Virus record (IMG/VR): IMGVR_UViG_3300044667_000075
Location: 1 to 64,000 of that record
Origin: a virus
Taxonomy: Duplodnaviria; Caudoviricetes
Direction: 5' to 3' (one strand)
Length of the DNA: 64,000 nt
Shown here: positions 9,081 to 17,651 of the stretch, one piece after another
Layout of the letters: each line of letters begins with the position of its first letter
Numbering within the stretch: the stretch's first letter is position 1
The notes under the pieces: model-generated
The model's input: only the letters and a program-made list of their open reading frames with translations
The model's database searches: none
What the model was told of the DNA's origin: nothing
Translations under genes and position numbers: made by a program

Positions 9081-10159
9081 TAGCTGGCCGCCTGCCCGAA
9101 CGCGCCGGCCTTCGTGTTCTGCGCCCGCTTAGCGAACGCGAGAGCCCGCTCTTTGGTGAACCCCTTGGCGATCAGCTTCTTGTAGATCGCCTGCCCCTTG
9201 GCGTTCAGGCCCCCGGCGTAGTCCTTGTCGGTGTCCCCCGACGCGCTGGAGTCGTCGTCTCCGTCGTCATCGGGGTCGTACTTCCCGGATCCGCCCGCTG
9301 CGGTGACCCGGCCGCCGCCGCTCGAGCTCGTGGTGGGGGTGGCCAGCGCGCGGATCGCCGGGATCCCGTACTCGGCCATCAGCTCGGTCTGCTGCGGCGG
9401 GGGCTGCAACGGGCCGGGCGCGGGGCGGAGGGAGCCGGTGACCGCGGCGTTGTAGGAGCTGACCGCTTCCATGAGCGCGGTCCGCTGGTGGTCCCGGGGC
9501 GCGAGGTCCTTCCCGGCGACCGTGGCGACCCATTTCCCGGTGGCGTCCTTGCGGAGCTGGGCGATCTCGCCGCCGCCGTGCCGGTGCCGCAGGACCGCCG
9601 TACCGTCATCGCCGCGGGCCACGAGGACATCCATCGGGCCGGAGACCGGGCGGCGGGTCCGCGCGGTCAAGGTGCCCGACGTGAGGCCGATCGCGCCGGG
9701 GGTGACGTTCGACAGGGCGTGGGAGTCGCTGCCGCCGCGGACGGTCGTCGCGGCGCCGTCACGCACAGAACCCGTGCCCGGCGCTGGGGTGCGGAGCTCG
9801 CCGGGCTGCTTGTCCAGAGACGCGCCGTCCGCGCCGAACGAGGATGCGGGGCCGGAGTAGTTGCACTCGGGGCAGGTAAGGGTGAAGCCCTGGCTGTCTG
9901 TGGTGGTGACGGAGAGGTAGATGTCCGGGTCGCCGTACTGGCCTTGGATGTAGTCGGTGCCCCATGCGATCTGGGTGGCGGGGTTGGAGTGGGCGTGGGC
10001 GGACAGCTTGGCCATCTTGGCCGTGCCGTACTTCTTCCGGCCGATGAAAGCCGCGAGGGCATCGGGATCGTGGGCGCCGCGAGCGGCGAGGGCGGACGAC
10101 AGCTTCTTGAACCGCGCGCCGCTGCCGAGCTTCGGCGCAGCGAAGTCAAGGGACGCCAC
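9080..10159 (-). CDS. Head-associated hypothetical protein
   Basis: 359 aa ORF coupled to protease; Zn-ribbon half CPEC, acidic DPDDDGDDD tract. Confidence 0.75.
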   Translation of the reverse strand: MASLDFAAPKLGSGARFKKLSSALAARGAHDPDALAAFIGRKKYGTAKMAKLSAHAHSNPATQIAWGTDYIQGQYGDPDIYLSVTTTDSQGFTLTCPECNYSGPASSFGADGASLDKQPGELRTPAPGTGSVRDGAATTVRGGSDSHALSNVTPGAIGLTSGTLTARTRRPVSGPMDVLVARGDDGTAVLRHRHGGGEIAQLRKDATGKWVATVAGKDLAPRDHQRTALMEAVSSYNAAVTGSLRPAPGPLQPPPQQTELMAEYGIPAIRALATPTTSSSGGGRVTAAGGSGKYDPDDDGDDDSSASGDTDKDYAGGLNAKGQAIYKKLIAKGFTKERALAFAKRAQNTKAGAFGQAAS

Positions 10160-10300
10160 AGGAACGCCTTCCCGCCGCCACCCCTGACTGCTAAAAGCAG
10201 GCTAGCAGGCAAAACGCTCGGATGCACGTTCTGATGCACTTGCAGATGCACATTCGGCGCGTCGGGCATGGCCTGCGGGTCTCGCCCTTTATGCTCAGAG

Positions 10301-10349
10301 GCAGAACCGGGCACCAGCCGACACCCCTGTCACAAGTGCCCGGTTCTGC
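10301..10349. terminator. Stem-loop (14-bp stem)
   Basis: GCAGAACCGGGCAC...GTGCCCGGTTCTGC at 3' end of 10349-11209. Confidence 0.6.
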
Positions 10350-11209
10350 TATGCCTGAGCTACGACGCCCTCCGGAGTGATCGTGTTGGCGGGAACTAGC
10401 CCGTAGATCTCATTGAGTACGCCGACGATCTCGCCTTCTGTCAACCCGGGCACCCGGAACCACTCGCAGACCCGGTTGTGCTTCTGCTCGAATGCGGGGA
10501 GCCACTGGAAGGCGAGCGTCGCCTGCATCCACGCCTCGGTACGGGTGTCGCCGGGCTGCTTCCAGATGCACGAAGCACCCTCGGCTCCCCAGCCGCGCCG
10601 CCTAGCTCGTGTGCGCGCTACGCCTACGAAGATCGAGTTCTGCGTGTCGGTGGTGAAGCCGACCTTCAGAACCTGCGGACCGGGGAACCACACGGCATAG
10701 ACGGACGGGATGCCCTTCTGCGCCTGGCGGCGGTACCGGACCAGTTCGTTACGCTGCTCTTTGGTTGCGGGTACCCGCTGAACCTTCGGCCCGAGTTCCA
10801 CACCTCGGACCTCTCTCGCCAGCAAGCGGATGTATTCGATCTTGCACTTGCCGGGACGACCGCACACCGGGAACTTTGATGTAGTCGGCTGTCCGCACAG
10901 AGAGCACGGATGGACGGGAGGCCGCTCGCTGCGGCGGGGGCCTCTGATGGCCCCGAGGAACAGCCGCATGTACTCGGTCCGGCACTTGCCTGGGCGGCAG
11001 CATATCGGGAACTTCGAGTTGGTCGGCTGGCCGCATAGTGAGCAGGGATGGCGCAGCGGGGCTACCTTGCCGCCTCTCGCTGCTTTCGCCTGGCGCTTGT
11101 TCTCCGCCCGGCATTTGCCGGGGCGGTAGCAGACTAGAAACTTCGATGTGGTCGGCTGGCCGCAGATCGTGCAGGGGCGTGTTTCACCCTGCTTGTACCC
11201 TTGCTCCAA
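10349..11209 (-). CDS. Putative homing endonuclease: 3 Zn-finger repeats + T5orf172/GIY-YIG-like domain
   Basis: 3x PCxxCGQPTxSKFxxCxRPGKC; SVYAVWF...LKVGFT...E...EWF. Confidence 0.7.
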   Translation of the reverse strand: MEQGYKQGETRPCTICGQPTTSKFLVCYRPGKCRAENKRQAKAARGGKVAPLRHPCSLCGQPTNSKFPICCRPGKCRTEYMRLFLGAIRGPRRSERPPVHPCSLCGQPTTSKFPVCGRPGKCKIEYIRLLAREVRGVELGPKVQRVPATKEQRNELVRYRRQAQKGIPSVYAVWFPGPQVLKVGFTTDTQNSIFVGVARTRARRRGWGAEGASCIWKQPGDTRTEAWMQATLAFQWLPAFEQKHNRVCEWFRVPGLTEGEIVGVLNEIYGLVPANTITPEGVVAQA

Positions 11210-11247
11210 GGGACTTCCCTCCGTCTAGGTCGGAGCGGCGGTTTCTA

Positions 11248-11280
11248 GGCCCGGTTCGGTGGTGAGACACCGGCCGGGCC
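11248..11280. promoter_or_regulatory. Leader hairpin upstream of endonuclease gene
   Basis: GGCCCGGTTCGGTG-GTGAGA-CACCGGCCGGGCC, with AT-rich promoter-like sequence at 11285-11325. Confidence 0.5.
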
Positions 11281-11669
11281 GTCCTATCGAATAGTTTAGC
11301 GGATTAGCCGGTCATTTTCGCTGATCACACAGCCGAGCGGGCGTGTTCCCGGCAACAATGGCAAGCATGAGCGACAACTTCTGCCGTCGGTGCGGCAGGT
11401 TCATGGCGTCGGCGCTCGTATGCATGGGGTGCCTGTCGGCGGCCGACGCAGGCACAGTCTCTCACCATGTCCCGGCTATAGCCTCCGCCGTCGCCGAGCA
11501 TCCCGAGAGTCCGCATGTGCCCGAACGGGAGGGGGAGTTCATCCGGGCTACGGCGAATGCAGCAGTCGGGGGTGGCATGGTTATCGCCGCGCGGGGAGGG
11601 TTGGGGCTACCGCCGATGCGAATACCCGGCAGCGTCACGACCTCCACCGGCCCGGCTTAGAGTAGAAGC

Positions 11670-11882
11670 ATGCGCCTCGTGCAGACAGCAGCCGCGTGGC
11701 TGGCCACTCGCAACCGGACCCGGCTTGACCTGCTGGTCATGCTCGCGCTCGGCTACGTGATCGGCGCGCGGGCGTACGCCACGTGGTGGGGTATCGCGGT
11801 CAGCTTCGGTGCCGCGATGGGCCTGACTGACACGGCGACGACGTGGCTGCGGAAACGAGCGCCGCGTACTCCTCACGCGTAA
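11670..11882 (+). CDS. Small membrane protein
   Basis: Two hydrophobic stretches. Confidence 0.5.
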   Translation: MRLVQTAAAWLATRNRTRLDLLVMLALGYVIGARAYATWWGIAVSFGAAMGLTDTATTWLRKRAPRTPHA

Positions 11883-12062
11883 GCGGCCCCTCCTTGGGCC
11901 GTGCCCCGCACTGGCATCCCTCCGCGCAGCACCGGGGAACCTCGTCCTCATCGTCGTAGACGTCGTGGATGACGGCGGCATGATCGCACGGCGGATCGTT
12001 CGGGCACCGCCACCACTGCCGCTCCCTGGGGATCACGATCACGATTCTGCCGTATGCGGGCA

Positions 12063-12103
12063 TGACAGAACGGCCGGGTGGCATGTCCCCGGCCGTTCTG
12101 TCA
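12063..12103. terminator. Strong hairpin (16-bp stem)
   Basis: TGACAGAACGGCCGGG...CCCGGCCGTTCTGTCA right after stop of 12112-12318. Confidence 0.7.
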
Positions 12104-12111
12104 GTCTTAAC

Positions 12112-12318
12112 TCAGCGCTTGCGCGCCGTCACCCATGCCCTGATCTCGTCCAGGCGGTCGGGATGCCAGCCGGGAAGCGCGGGCTTGTCAAGGCCGAGAC
12201 CGATGAGGACGTCGGGGGCAGGGAAGTCTTGGTGCCGTCGCCGCCATACGTTGACCGTAGTGCGGTCCACGTCAAGCATCTTGGCGATGTCATGCTGGGA
12301 CAGGTAACGCTCAGGCAC
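12112..12318 (-). CDS. AlpA/excisionase-like HTH protein
   Basis: YLSQHDIAKMLDVDRTTVNVWRRR..DFPAP. Confidence 0.8.
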   Translation of the reverse strand: MPERYLSQHDIAKMLDVDRTTVNVWRRRHQDFPAPDVLIGLGLDKPALPGWHPDRLDEIRAWVTARKR

Positions 12319-12330
12319 GCCGATCTCCCT

Positions 12331-12792
12331 TCATGCTGCCTGCGCCGCGCGGCGCTTCGCCTCACGCTTCAGCGCGGACTCCAGAACGCCGGGGTCGGCT
12401 TGGGACAACTGCCACACCAGCGTGCTGCCGTAGTCGTGGTAGACCCGGCCGGTGTGCTCACCCTCGGGCGTGATGCCGAAGTCGTAGTGCCCGTCCGGGT
12501 CGAACGAGCCGTCCGACCCGGACAGCAGCATGACCGCGTTCTCCAGGTACTGCCGGTATTCGGCGGAGAACTCCCGTTCGGTGAAGACGTACCTGCTGCG
12601 GTAGTCCTTGACGAACGGCTGAACCACCTTGTCCACCTCGGTGGTCTGCGGCCCGTCGGTCCACCCGACGCTGACGGACGATCCGCCACTGTAGGACGTG
12701 GACCGGACGGAGAACTTCACGCCGGGGAACGCCTTCTTCAGCGCGGCCCGGACCTGTTTCGCGGTTTCCGCAACGCTCACGTACTCGCTCAT
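12331..12792 (-). CDS. LPD29-like domain protein
   Basis: ETAKQVRAALKKAFPGVKFSVRS..YSGGSSV.V.WTDGP. Confidence 0.75.
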   Translation of the reverse strand: MSEYVSVAETAKQVRAALKKAFPGVKFSVRSTSYSGGSSVSVGWTDGPQTTEVDKVVQPFVKDYRSRYVFTEREFSAEYRQYLENAVMLLSGSDGSFDPDGHYDFGITPEGEHTGRVYHDYGSTLVWQLSQADPGVLESALKREAKRRAAQAA

Positions 12793-13415
12793 CTCTGCCT
12801 CACTTCCACGCCCCAGCCGGGGCCGTACGGGTTCTCGGGTGCCTCGGGCGGCTCAGCGGCAGCCACGCGGATCCGGTCCGCGAGTCCGTTCCGCTCAGCG
12901 AGCGCAGCGGCCATCTCGCGCCGATGATCCCGCGCCCGCCATCGCGCTTCCTCGCGGGTTGCGCCTGCTGCCTTCCAGCCGCAGGCGCAGAGTGCGAACG
13001 AGCCTTGGTCGTACATGAGGCGTCCGCGCTTGTCGGTGCGGCGGCTACCGCCGGAGTCGTAGACGTAGCCGGTCGGTTGCGTCGTCCGGGTCTTGTGTGC
13101 CGGGTCTTCCGGCAGTCGCGCGACAACTTCGCGGGGCAGCGGCACCGGAGCGGGCGCGGGCTGGCCGCAGCGGTGCTCCATCTGCCGGAACCTGTCGAAC
13201 GGCAGGTCGGTGAAACAGCGGGTGCAGTACGGTCGTTCGTCCCGCGCGTCCTGCTGGGTGAACGACCGCCCGTGCATGTCTTCCAGCTGGCCTAGCGTCA
13301 TGTCTTCCAGGCGGACCGGCGCGGCGTCCTGGTAGCGCAGGAACGCTCCCCGTGCGTCCCACTCGGGCACGGTGATCACCTGGCCGGTCAGAGGCTCCCA
13401 GACCTGCGTGGCCAT
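12789..13415 (-). CDS. Hypothetical protein with Cys motifs
   Basis: MATQVWEP start with RBS; CTRC, CACGW. Confidence 0.65.
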   Translation of the reverse strand: MATQVWEPLTGQVITVPEWDARGAFLRYQDAAPVRLEDMTLGQLEDMHGRSFTQQDARDERPYCTRCFTDLPFDRFRQMEHRCGQPAPAPVPLPREVVARLPEDPAHKTRTTQPTGYVYDSGGSRRTDKRGRLMYDQGSFALCACGWKAAGATREEARWRARDHRREMAAALAERNGLADRIRVAAAEPPEAPENPYGPGWGVEVRQR

Positions 13416-13460
13416 CTCATTGCCCCCTTCCCTGGGAGGACCATCCCCCTCACATCTTTC

Positions 13461-13512
13461 ACTATAGCGCACTGCCATTAAAGTTGACAAGTCTTTTCGC
13501 AGGTCATATGCT
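13461..13512. promoter_or_regulatory. Overlapping divergent sigma70-type promoters
   Basis: Plus: TTGACA(13484)-17 nt-TATGCT(13507). Minus: TTGTCA-18 nt-TATAGT. Confidence 0.75.
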
Positions 13513-13551
13513 TTACATGTAGGCAGAGTTGACGAGAGGGAGGCGGGGGAA

Positions 13552-15435
13552 ATGGCGAGCAGCATGCCCCACCCGGCGGTAGTCACCAGCGGCCCGCAAC
13601 TGATGAAGGTGATCGGGGAACTGGAAGCGGGCACGTACCCGCAGCCCGAGTTCGCGGTGTGGCGGGAAGACCTGCCCCGCGACCTGGCTGTGCGGCTGGC
13701 CCTGGCCACCGGGGCGACGATGGAGCAGGTCGAGGAAGGGCCGAGCGAGTACGCCAACGCCGAGCCTGAGCCGGACCCTGAACCGACGCCGCAGCCGGCC
13801 GAAGACGAAGCGGACGTGATAATCCGGCACACCCACGAGGACGGCACGCTGGTCTACGGCACCAGCAAAGGCGACGGCACAGCGGAGATCCTGAAGGCGA
13901 ACCGGTTCCGCTGGTTCCCCTCCATCAAGCTGTGGGGCGTGGCGCAGTCCCGCGACCATCTGGCCAAGCGGTGGCAGATCAACGCGGCGGCCGAGGCGCT
14001 GCGGAAGGCCGGGTTCACGGTCCGGGTCGAGATCGACGACACGCCCCGCGACGTGGCCGACGTCAAAGCCGACCGCGCCGGGCGGCTGGATGCCCGTTAC
14101 GAGCGGCTGACCGCGAAGGCGGAACGGAGCAAGGCCGAGGGCGACGCGCGCCATGCCCGCGCTGAGCAGATCAGCGAGCGGTTCGCGTTCGGTCAGCCCA
14201 TCCTGGTCGGCCACCACTCGGAACGCCGTGCCCGCAGGGACCACGAGCGCATGGACCAGAACGACCGGGCAGCGCACGCCGCATGGAACAAGGCCGAGCG
14301 CGCCGCTGCCGCTGCCGCGGTGGTCGGCCGCGCGGACGCCTACCGGGAACTGCCCGCGGTGATCATCCGCCGCATCGACAAGACCGAGGCCGAGTTGCGG
14401 CAGACCATGCACTACATCAACGGGACCCGCCCGGCGAACGACTGGCGCGGCGCCTACGGCTACGACCGGGAGCCCGCGTCCGGCGCGTGGCTGGAGCAAC
14501 TGGAAGCCCGCAAGACGTTCCTGGAGCACCAGCTAGCCGCCGACCGCGAGGCGCTGGCCGAGCATGAGGCCAACGGGTACGTCCGGCTGACCCGCGAGAC
14601 CGTCCACAAGGGCGACAGGGTGTTCTGGGGGGCGACCTGGGGCGACGGCATCGGCGGCGCGATCGTGACCAGGACCAACCCGAAGACCGTCACCCTGGAC
14701 CGGCGATCCTACCCGCGCACGCTGCCGTACGAGCAGATCAAGACGGTGCAGTGCCCGCACGAGGGCACCGAGACCACCGTCCGCGCACCGAGGCGGCAGG
14801 CACGGCCGAAGCCCGCGCCGGTCACGGTCGAGCGTCCGCCCGAGCGTGAGGCACCGCTGGCGGTAGGCGCGGGAACCGAGTGCTTCGCCACCCCTCCGGC
14901 GGTGGCCGCCAAGATGATCGAGATGGCCGGCCTGGAACCGGGCATGACGGTGCTGGAGCCCTCGGCCGGGACCGGGGCCATAGCCCGGCCAGCGGCGGAG
15001 ACGGGCGCGGAGGTGACCTGCATCGAACTGGACTGGAAACTGTTCCAGCGGCTGGCCGCCGACGAGCGGAACGGTGCCCGTGTTGACGGCCTGTACCGCA
15101 GTGTGCAGCACGGTGACTTCTTGGAAGCTGACCCATCGGACGGGCCGCTGTATGACCGGGTGCTGATGAACCCGCCGTTCCGCGGACAGGCCGACGTGCG
15201 GCACGTCACCCACGCGCTGGGGTTCGTCAAGCCCGGCGGGATGGTCGTCGCGGTCATGTCAGCCGGCGTGGAGTTCCGGCAGGACAAGACCGCCGAGACG
15301 TTCCGCGAGATGGTCGCCGACCGCGGCGGCTGGATCGAGCGGCTGCCCGACGGGGCGTTCGAGGGTTCCGGGACCAGCGTCCGGATCGTGACGGCCGTCA
15401 TCCCGGTCAGCGCAGTCGCCGAAGCCGCCGCCTGA
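13552..15435 (+). CDS. DUF3560-like domain fused to N6-adenine methyltransferase
   Basis: GQPILVGHHSERRARRD; VLEPSAGTG and LMNPPF motifs. Confidence 0.85.
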   Translation: MASSMPHPAVVTSGPQLMKVIGELEAGTYPQPEFAVWREDLPRDLAVRLALATGATMEQVEEGPSEYANAEPEPDPEPTPQPAEDEADVIIRHTHEDGTLVYGTSKGDGTAEILKANRFRWFPSIKLWGVAQSRDHLAKRWQINAAAEALRKAGFTVRVEIDDTPRDVADVKADRAGRLDARYERLTAKAERSKAEGDARHARAEQISERFAFGQPILVGHHSERRARRDHERMDQNDRAAHAAWNKAERAAAAAAVVGRADAYRELPAVIIRRIDKTEAELRQTMHYINGTRPANDWRGAYGYDREPASGAWLEQLEARKTFLEHQLAADREALAEHEANGYVRLTRETVHKGDRVFWGATWGDGIGGAIVTRTNPKTVTLDRRSYPRTLPYEQIKTVQCPHEGTETTVRAPRRQARPKPAPVTVERPPEREAPLAVGAGTECFATPPAVAAKMIEMAGLEPGMTVLEPSAGTGAIARPAAETGAEVTCIELDWKLFQRLAADERNGARVDGLYRSVQHGDFLEADPSDGPLYDRVLMNPPFRGQADVRHVTHALGFVKPGGMVVAVMSAGVEFRQDKTAETFREMVADRGGWIERLPDGAFEGSGTSVRIVTAVIPVSAVAEAAA

Positions 15436-15444
15436 CCGCTAACC

Positions 15445-15471
15445 GAGGACCGGGCCGCACGCCCGGTCCTC
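15445..15471. terminator. Bidirectional terminator hairpin between convergent genes
   Basis: GAGGACCGGGC-CGCAC-GCCCGGTCCTC. Confidence 0.7.
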
Positions 15472-15474
15472 TTG

Positions 15475-15657
15475 CTATGCGTCGGACCAGTCCGAAGGCA
15501 CGTCAACGACATCCCCCGGAGGCACGTTCTCGACGTCCCGTTTCATCGACTCCCACACCTGCCGGTTACGCGGCGTATCCGGCACCCCGGCATCCTCGAA
15601 GTCCTTCCCCGCCATGATCGCCTTCAGGATCGCCGTAGCGACCGCGCCCCGGCTCAC
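15475..15657 (-). CDS. Small protein coupled to zeta-like gene (possible antitoxin)
   Basis: GTGA overlap with upstream stop; MSRGAVATAIL, 60 aa. Confidence 0.6.
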   Translation of the reverse strand: MSRGAVATAILKAIMAGKDFEDAGVPDTPRNRQVWESMKRDVENVPPGDVVDVPSDWSDA

Positions 15658-17651
15658 GCGCCCTCCCCGGCCTTGTCGAGGAACCTCTGCCACGCGGCCG
15701 GGTCATGGACGGTGAACTTCCCGCCCGGGTCTTTGTGTGCGACCAGCACAGGCGTCTTGCCGGAGGTGTCCCACAGCTCAGTCTTATCGAACAGGCCCAT
15801 CTTCGCGGCCTTCGCGTAGGCGTCGGACACCGCGGCGTGGGTTTCCCGGATGAACGTCTCCGGCACGTGCCGGCCGGTGGCCTCCGCGCGGGCCTGAGCG
15901 CGCCGCACCGCCTCATCCGTGTCCACGGTGACGTATTTTCCTTCGGTCATGTACCCGTGGCGTTTCGCGTCGTTGACTTTCCCGGCGAGCTTGTCGATGT
16001 GGGAATCCCCCGTGCCGTCCCAGGTTAGGTTGAGCCGCCGCCTCTGCGCTTCTTTCACCGCCTGCTTGGCGAGGTAGCTGGACTCCTCATGCACATACGC
16101 CGCCGCCTTCGGGTCCCCGGCGTCGAGCATCTGCTGATACTCGGGAAGCTGGGCCTTGATCTCGTCTGGGTCGACATGCACCGAGTCCTCATGGGTGGCT
16201 TTCAGCGCGGTCGACTTGCCCGCTGCGGGGCCGCCGCCGAAAAACGTGGCCACCGGATGCGCCTGCGGTGAATGCCCGGCGAGGATGCCGTCGATGATCT
16301 TCTTGTGGAGCGCGGCCCGTTCCGGGGTGAACGTCCCGTCGGGCCGCTGGTACTTCTTCAGGGTGTCCTTCGGTGCGGCCTGCGCGGCGACCGACGGCTT
16401 GGCGTACTTCGGGTTAGCGGCCACGCCGGTCTTGCGGTTCTGGATGCCCTGCTCTTTCGCGAACTGGCGGGCCTCAGCCATCAGCTTGTCGGCGGGCATG
16501 TCCGCGCGGATCACCGGCTCACCCGGCGCCGACCCGGTGCGTTTCCCTTCTGACTCGCCGAGGACGTGTGCGGCCCACTGGTGGTGCCCGTCGATCACCC
16601 GGTTATCGGACGATACGAGGACCGGCTTGGTGTCCTTCAGTTCCCTGGAGCCCAGCGAATCCGCGATGCCCCGCACCGCCCGCGCGTCCCCCGTAGTCTG
16701 CGTCGGTTTCAGCGACCGGGCCGGCACCCGCTCATGGGTGACCTTGACGCCCTTCGCTTTCAGCCGGTCCAGGAACTTCGGCATCATCTCCGAACTCGGC
16801 GCGTACCGCCCGTCGGCGAGGATGCCTGATACCTGCGGCATGTCAGCCCGGTCGATACCGAGGTGGCCGTGGTAGTGCATCACGTCGCCGTCCTGATGCC
16901 ACGGCGCCGCCTTCGCTGCGGCCCTGGAGCCCGGCGTGCGTGCCCACCGGCCATGAGCGTCGCGGGGTTCGTGCCGCCACCCGTCCCACCTGCCGAGGTC
17001 GATCAGCTGCCCGGTGATCGTCCCGGCCAGCGCCGCCTCGTCCTTGCCCGGCCCGGTCATCTGCTCGGTGATCGTCGCCAACCTGGCCAGCCACCTTCCC
17101 TCATCCGGGTAGTTGTCGTGCAGATGCACGGCGAGTTTGCGAACGTGCTCTGCCGCCCCGCCGAGGTGCTTCTCCGCGTGGTCGGCGTTGAACCCCCACA
17201 CGTCCGGGGCTGGTTCGCCGAGCATGGCCTGGGCGTGACGGGACGCATGCCCGGCGTCGTACATGACTGTCTGCAACAGGTGGGCTGTCGTCGCTGCCTT
17301 GGCGTCCTCGGACAGCGCCTTCGCCAGCCCGATCGTCTCCGTGGTCTTGTCGAGTTCGGCACCCTCAGCCGGGTAGTGGGCGCGGAGATTCGCGGCGAGC
17401 AGCCGCCCGGCGTCCAGGGCGCCGGCGAGGTGCCGGGCCACATGACCGGAGTGGTAGGCGCGGAGGTCGCCGGATGCTGCCCGTGCCGCCTGCATCCGCT
17501 CGGTGGCGTGGGCCAGCTGCTGGGCGATCTCATCGAGGCGGTGCGCAGTGAACATGGCCACGGCGGTCGGGTCGTCGCTGTCCGGGGCGGCGTCGATGGC
17601 CTGCGCGCCGATCAGGGCGGCGGGTCCGGCGAGCTGGCCGGTGATGGTCAC
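15654..17651 (-). CDS. Multidomain protein: His-rich helical repeats + ParB/Srx-like + zeta-toxin-like P-loop kinase
   Basis: PVLVSSDNRVIDGHHQWAA; GGGPAAGKST, VDPDEIK, VHEESS, WDGT, RAEATGRHVP. Confidence 0.8.
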   Translation of the reverse strand: MTITGQLAGPAALIGAQAIDAAPDSDDPTAVAMFTAHRLDEIAQQLAHATERMQAARAASGDLRAYHSGHVARHLAGALDAGRLLAANLRAHYPAEGAELDKTTETIGLAKALSEDAKAATTAHLLQTVMYDAGHASRHAQAMLGEPAPDVWGFNADHAEKHLGGAAEHVRKLAVHLHDNYPDEGRWLARLATITEQMTGPGKDEAALAGTITGQLIDLGRWDGWRHEPRDAHGRWARTPGSRAAAKAAPWHQDGDVMHYHGHLGIDRADMPQVSGILADGRYAPSSEMMPKFLDRLKAKGVKVTHERVPARSLKPTQTTGDARAVRGIADSLGSRELKDTKPVLVSSDNRVIDGHHQWAAHVLGESEGKRTGSAPGEPVIRADMPADKLMAEARQFAKEQGIQNRKTGVAANPKYAKPSVAAQAAPKDTLKKYQRPDGTFTPERAALHKKIIDGILAGHSPQAHPVATFFGGGPAAGKSTALKATHEDSVHVDPDEIKAQLPEYQQMLDAGDPKAAAYVHEESSYLAKQAVKEAQRRRLNLTWDGTGDSHIDKLAGKVNDAKRHGYMTEGKYVTVDTDEAVRRAQARAEATGRHVPETFIRETHAAVSDAYAKAAKMGLFDKTELWDTSGKTPVLVAHKDPGGKFTVHDPAAWQRFLDKAGEGA

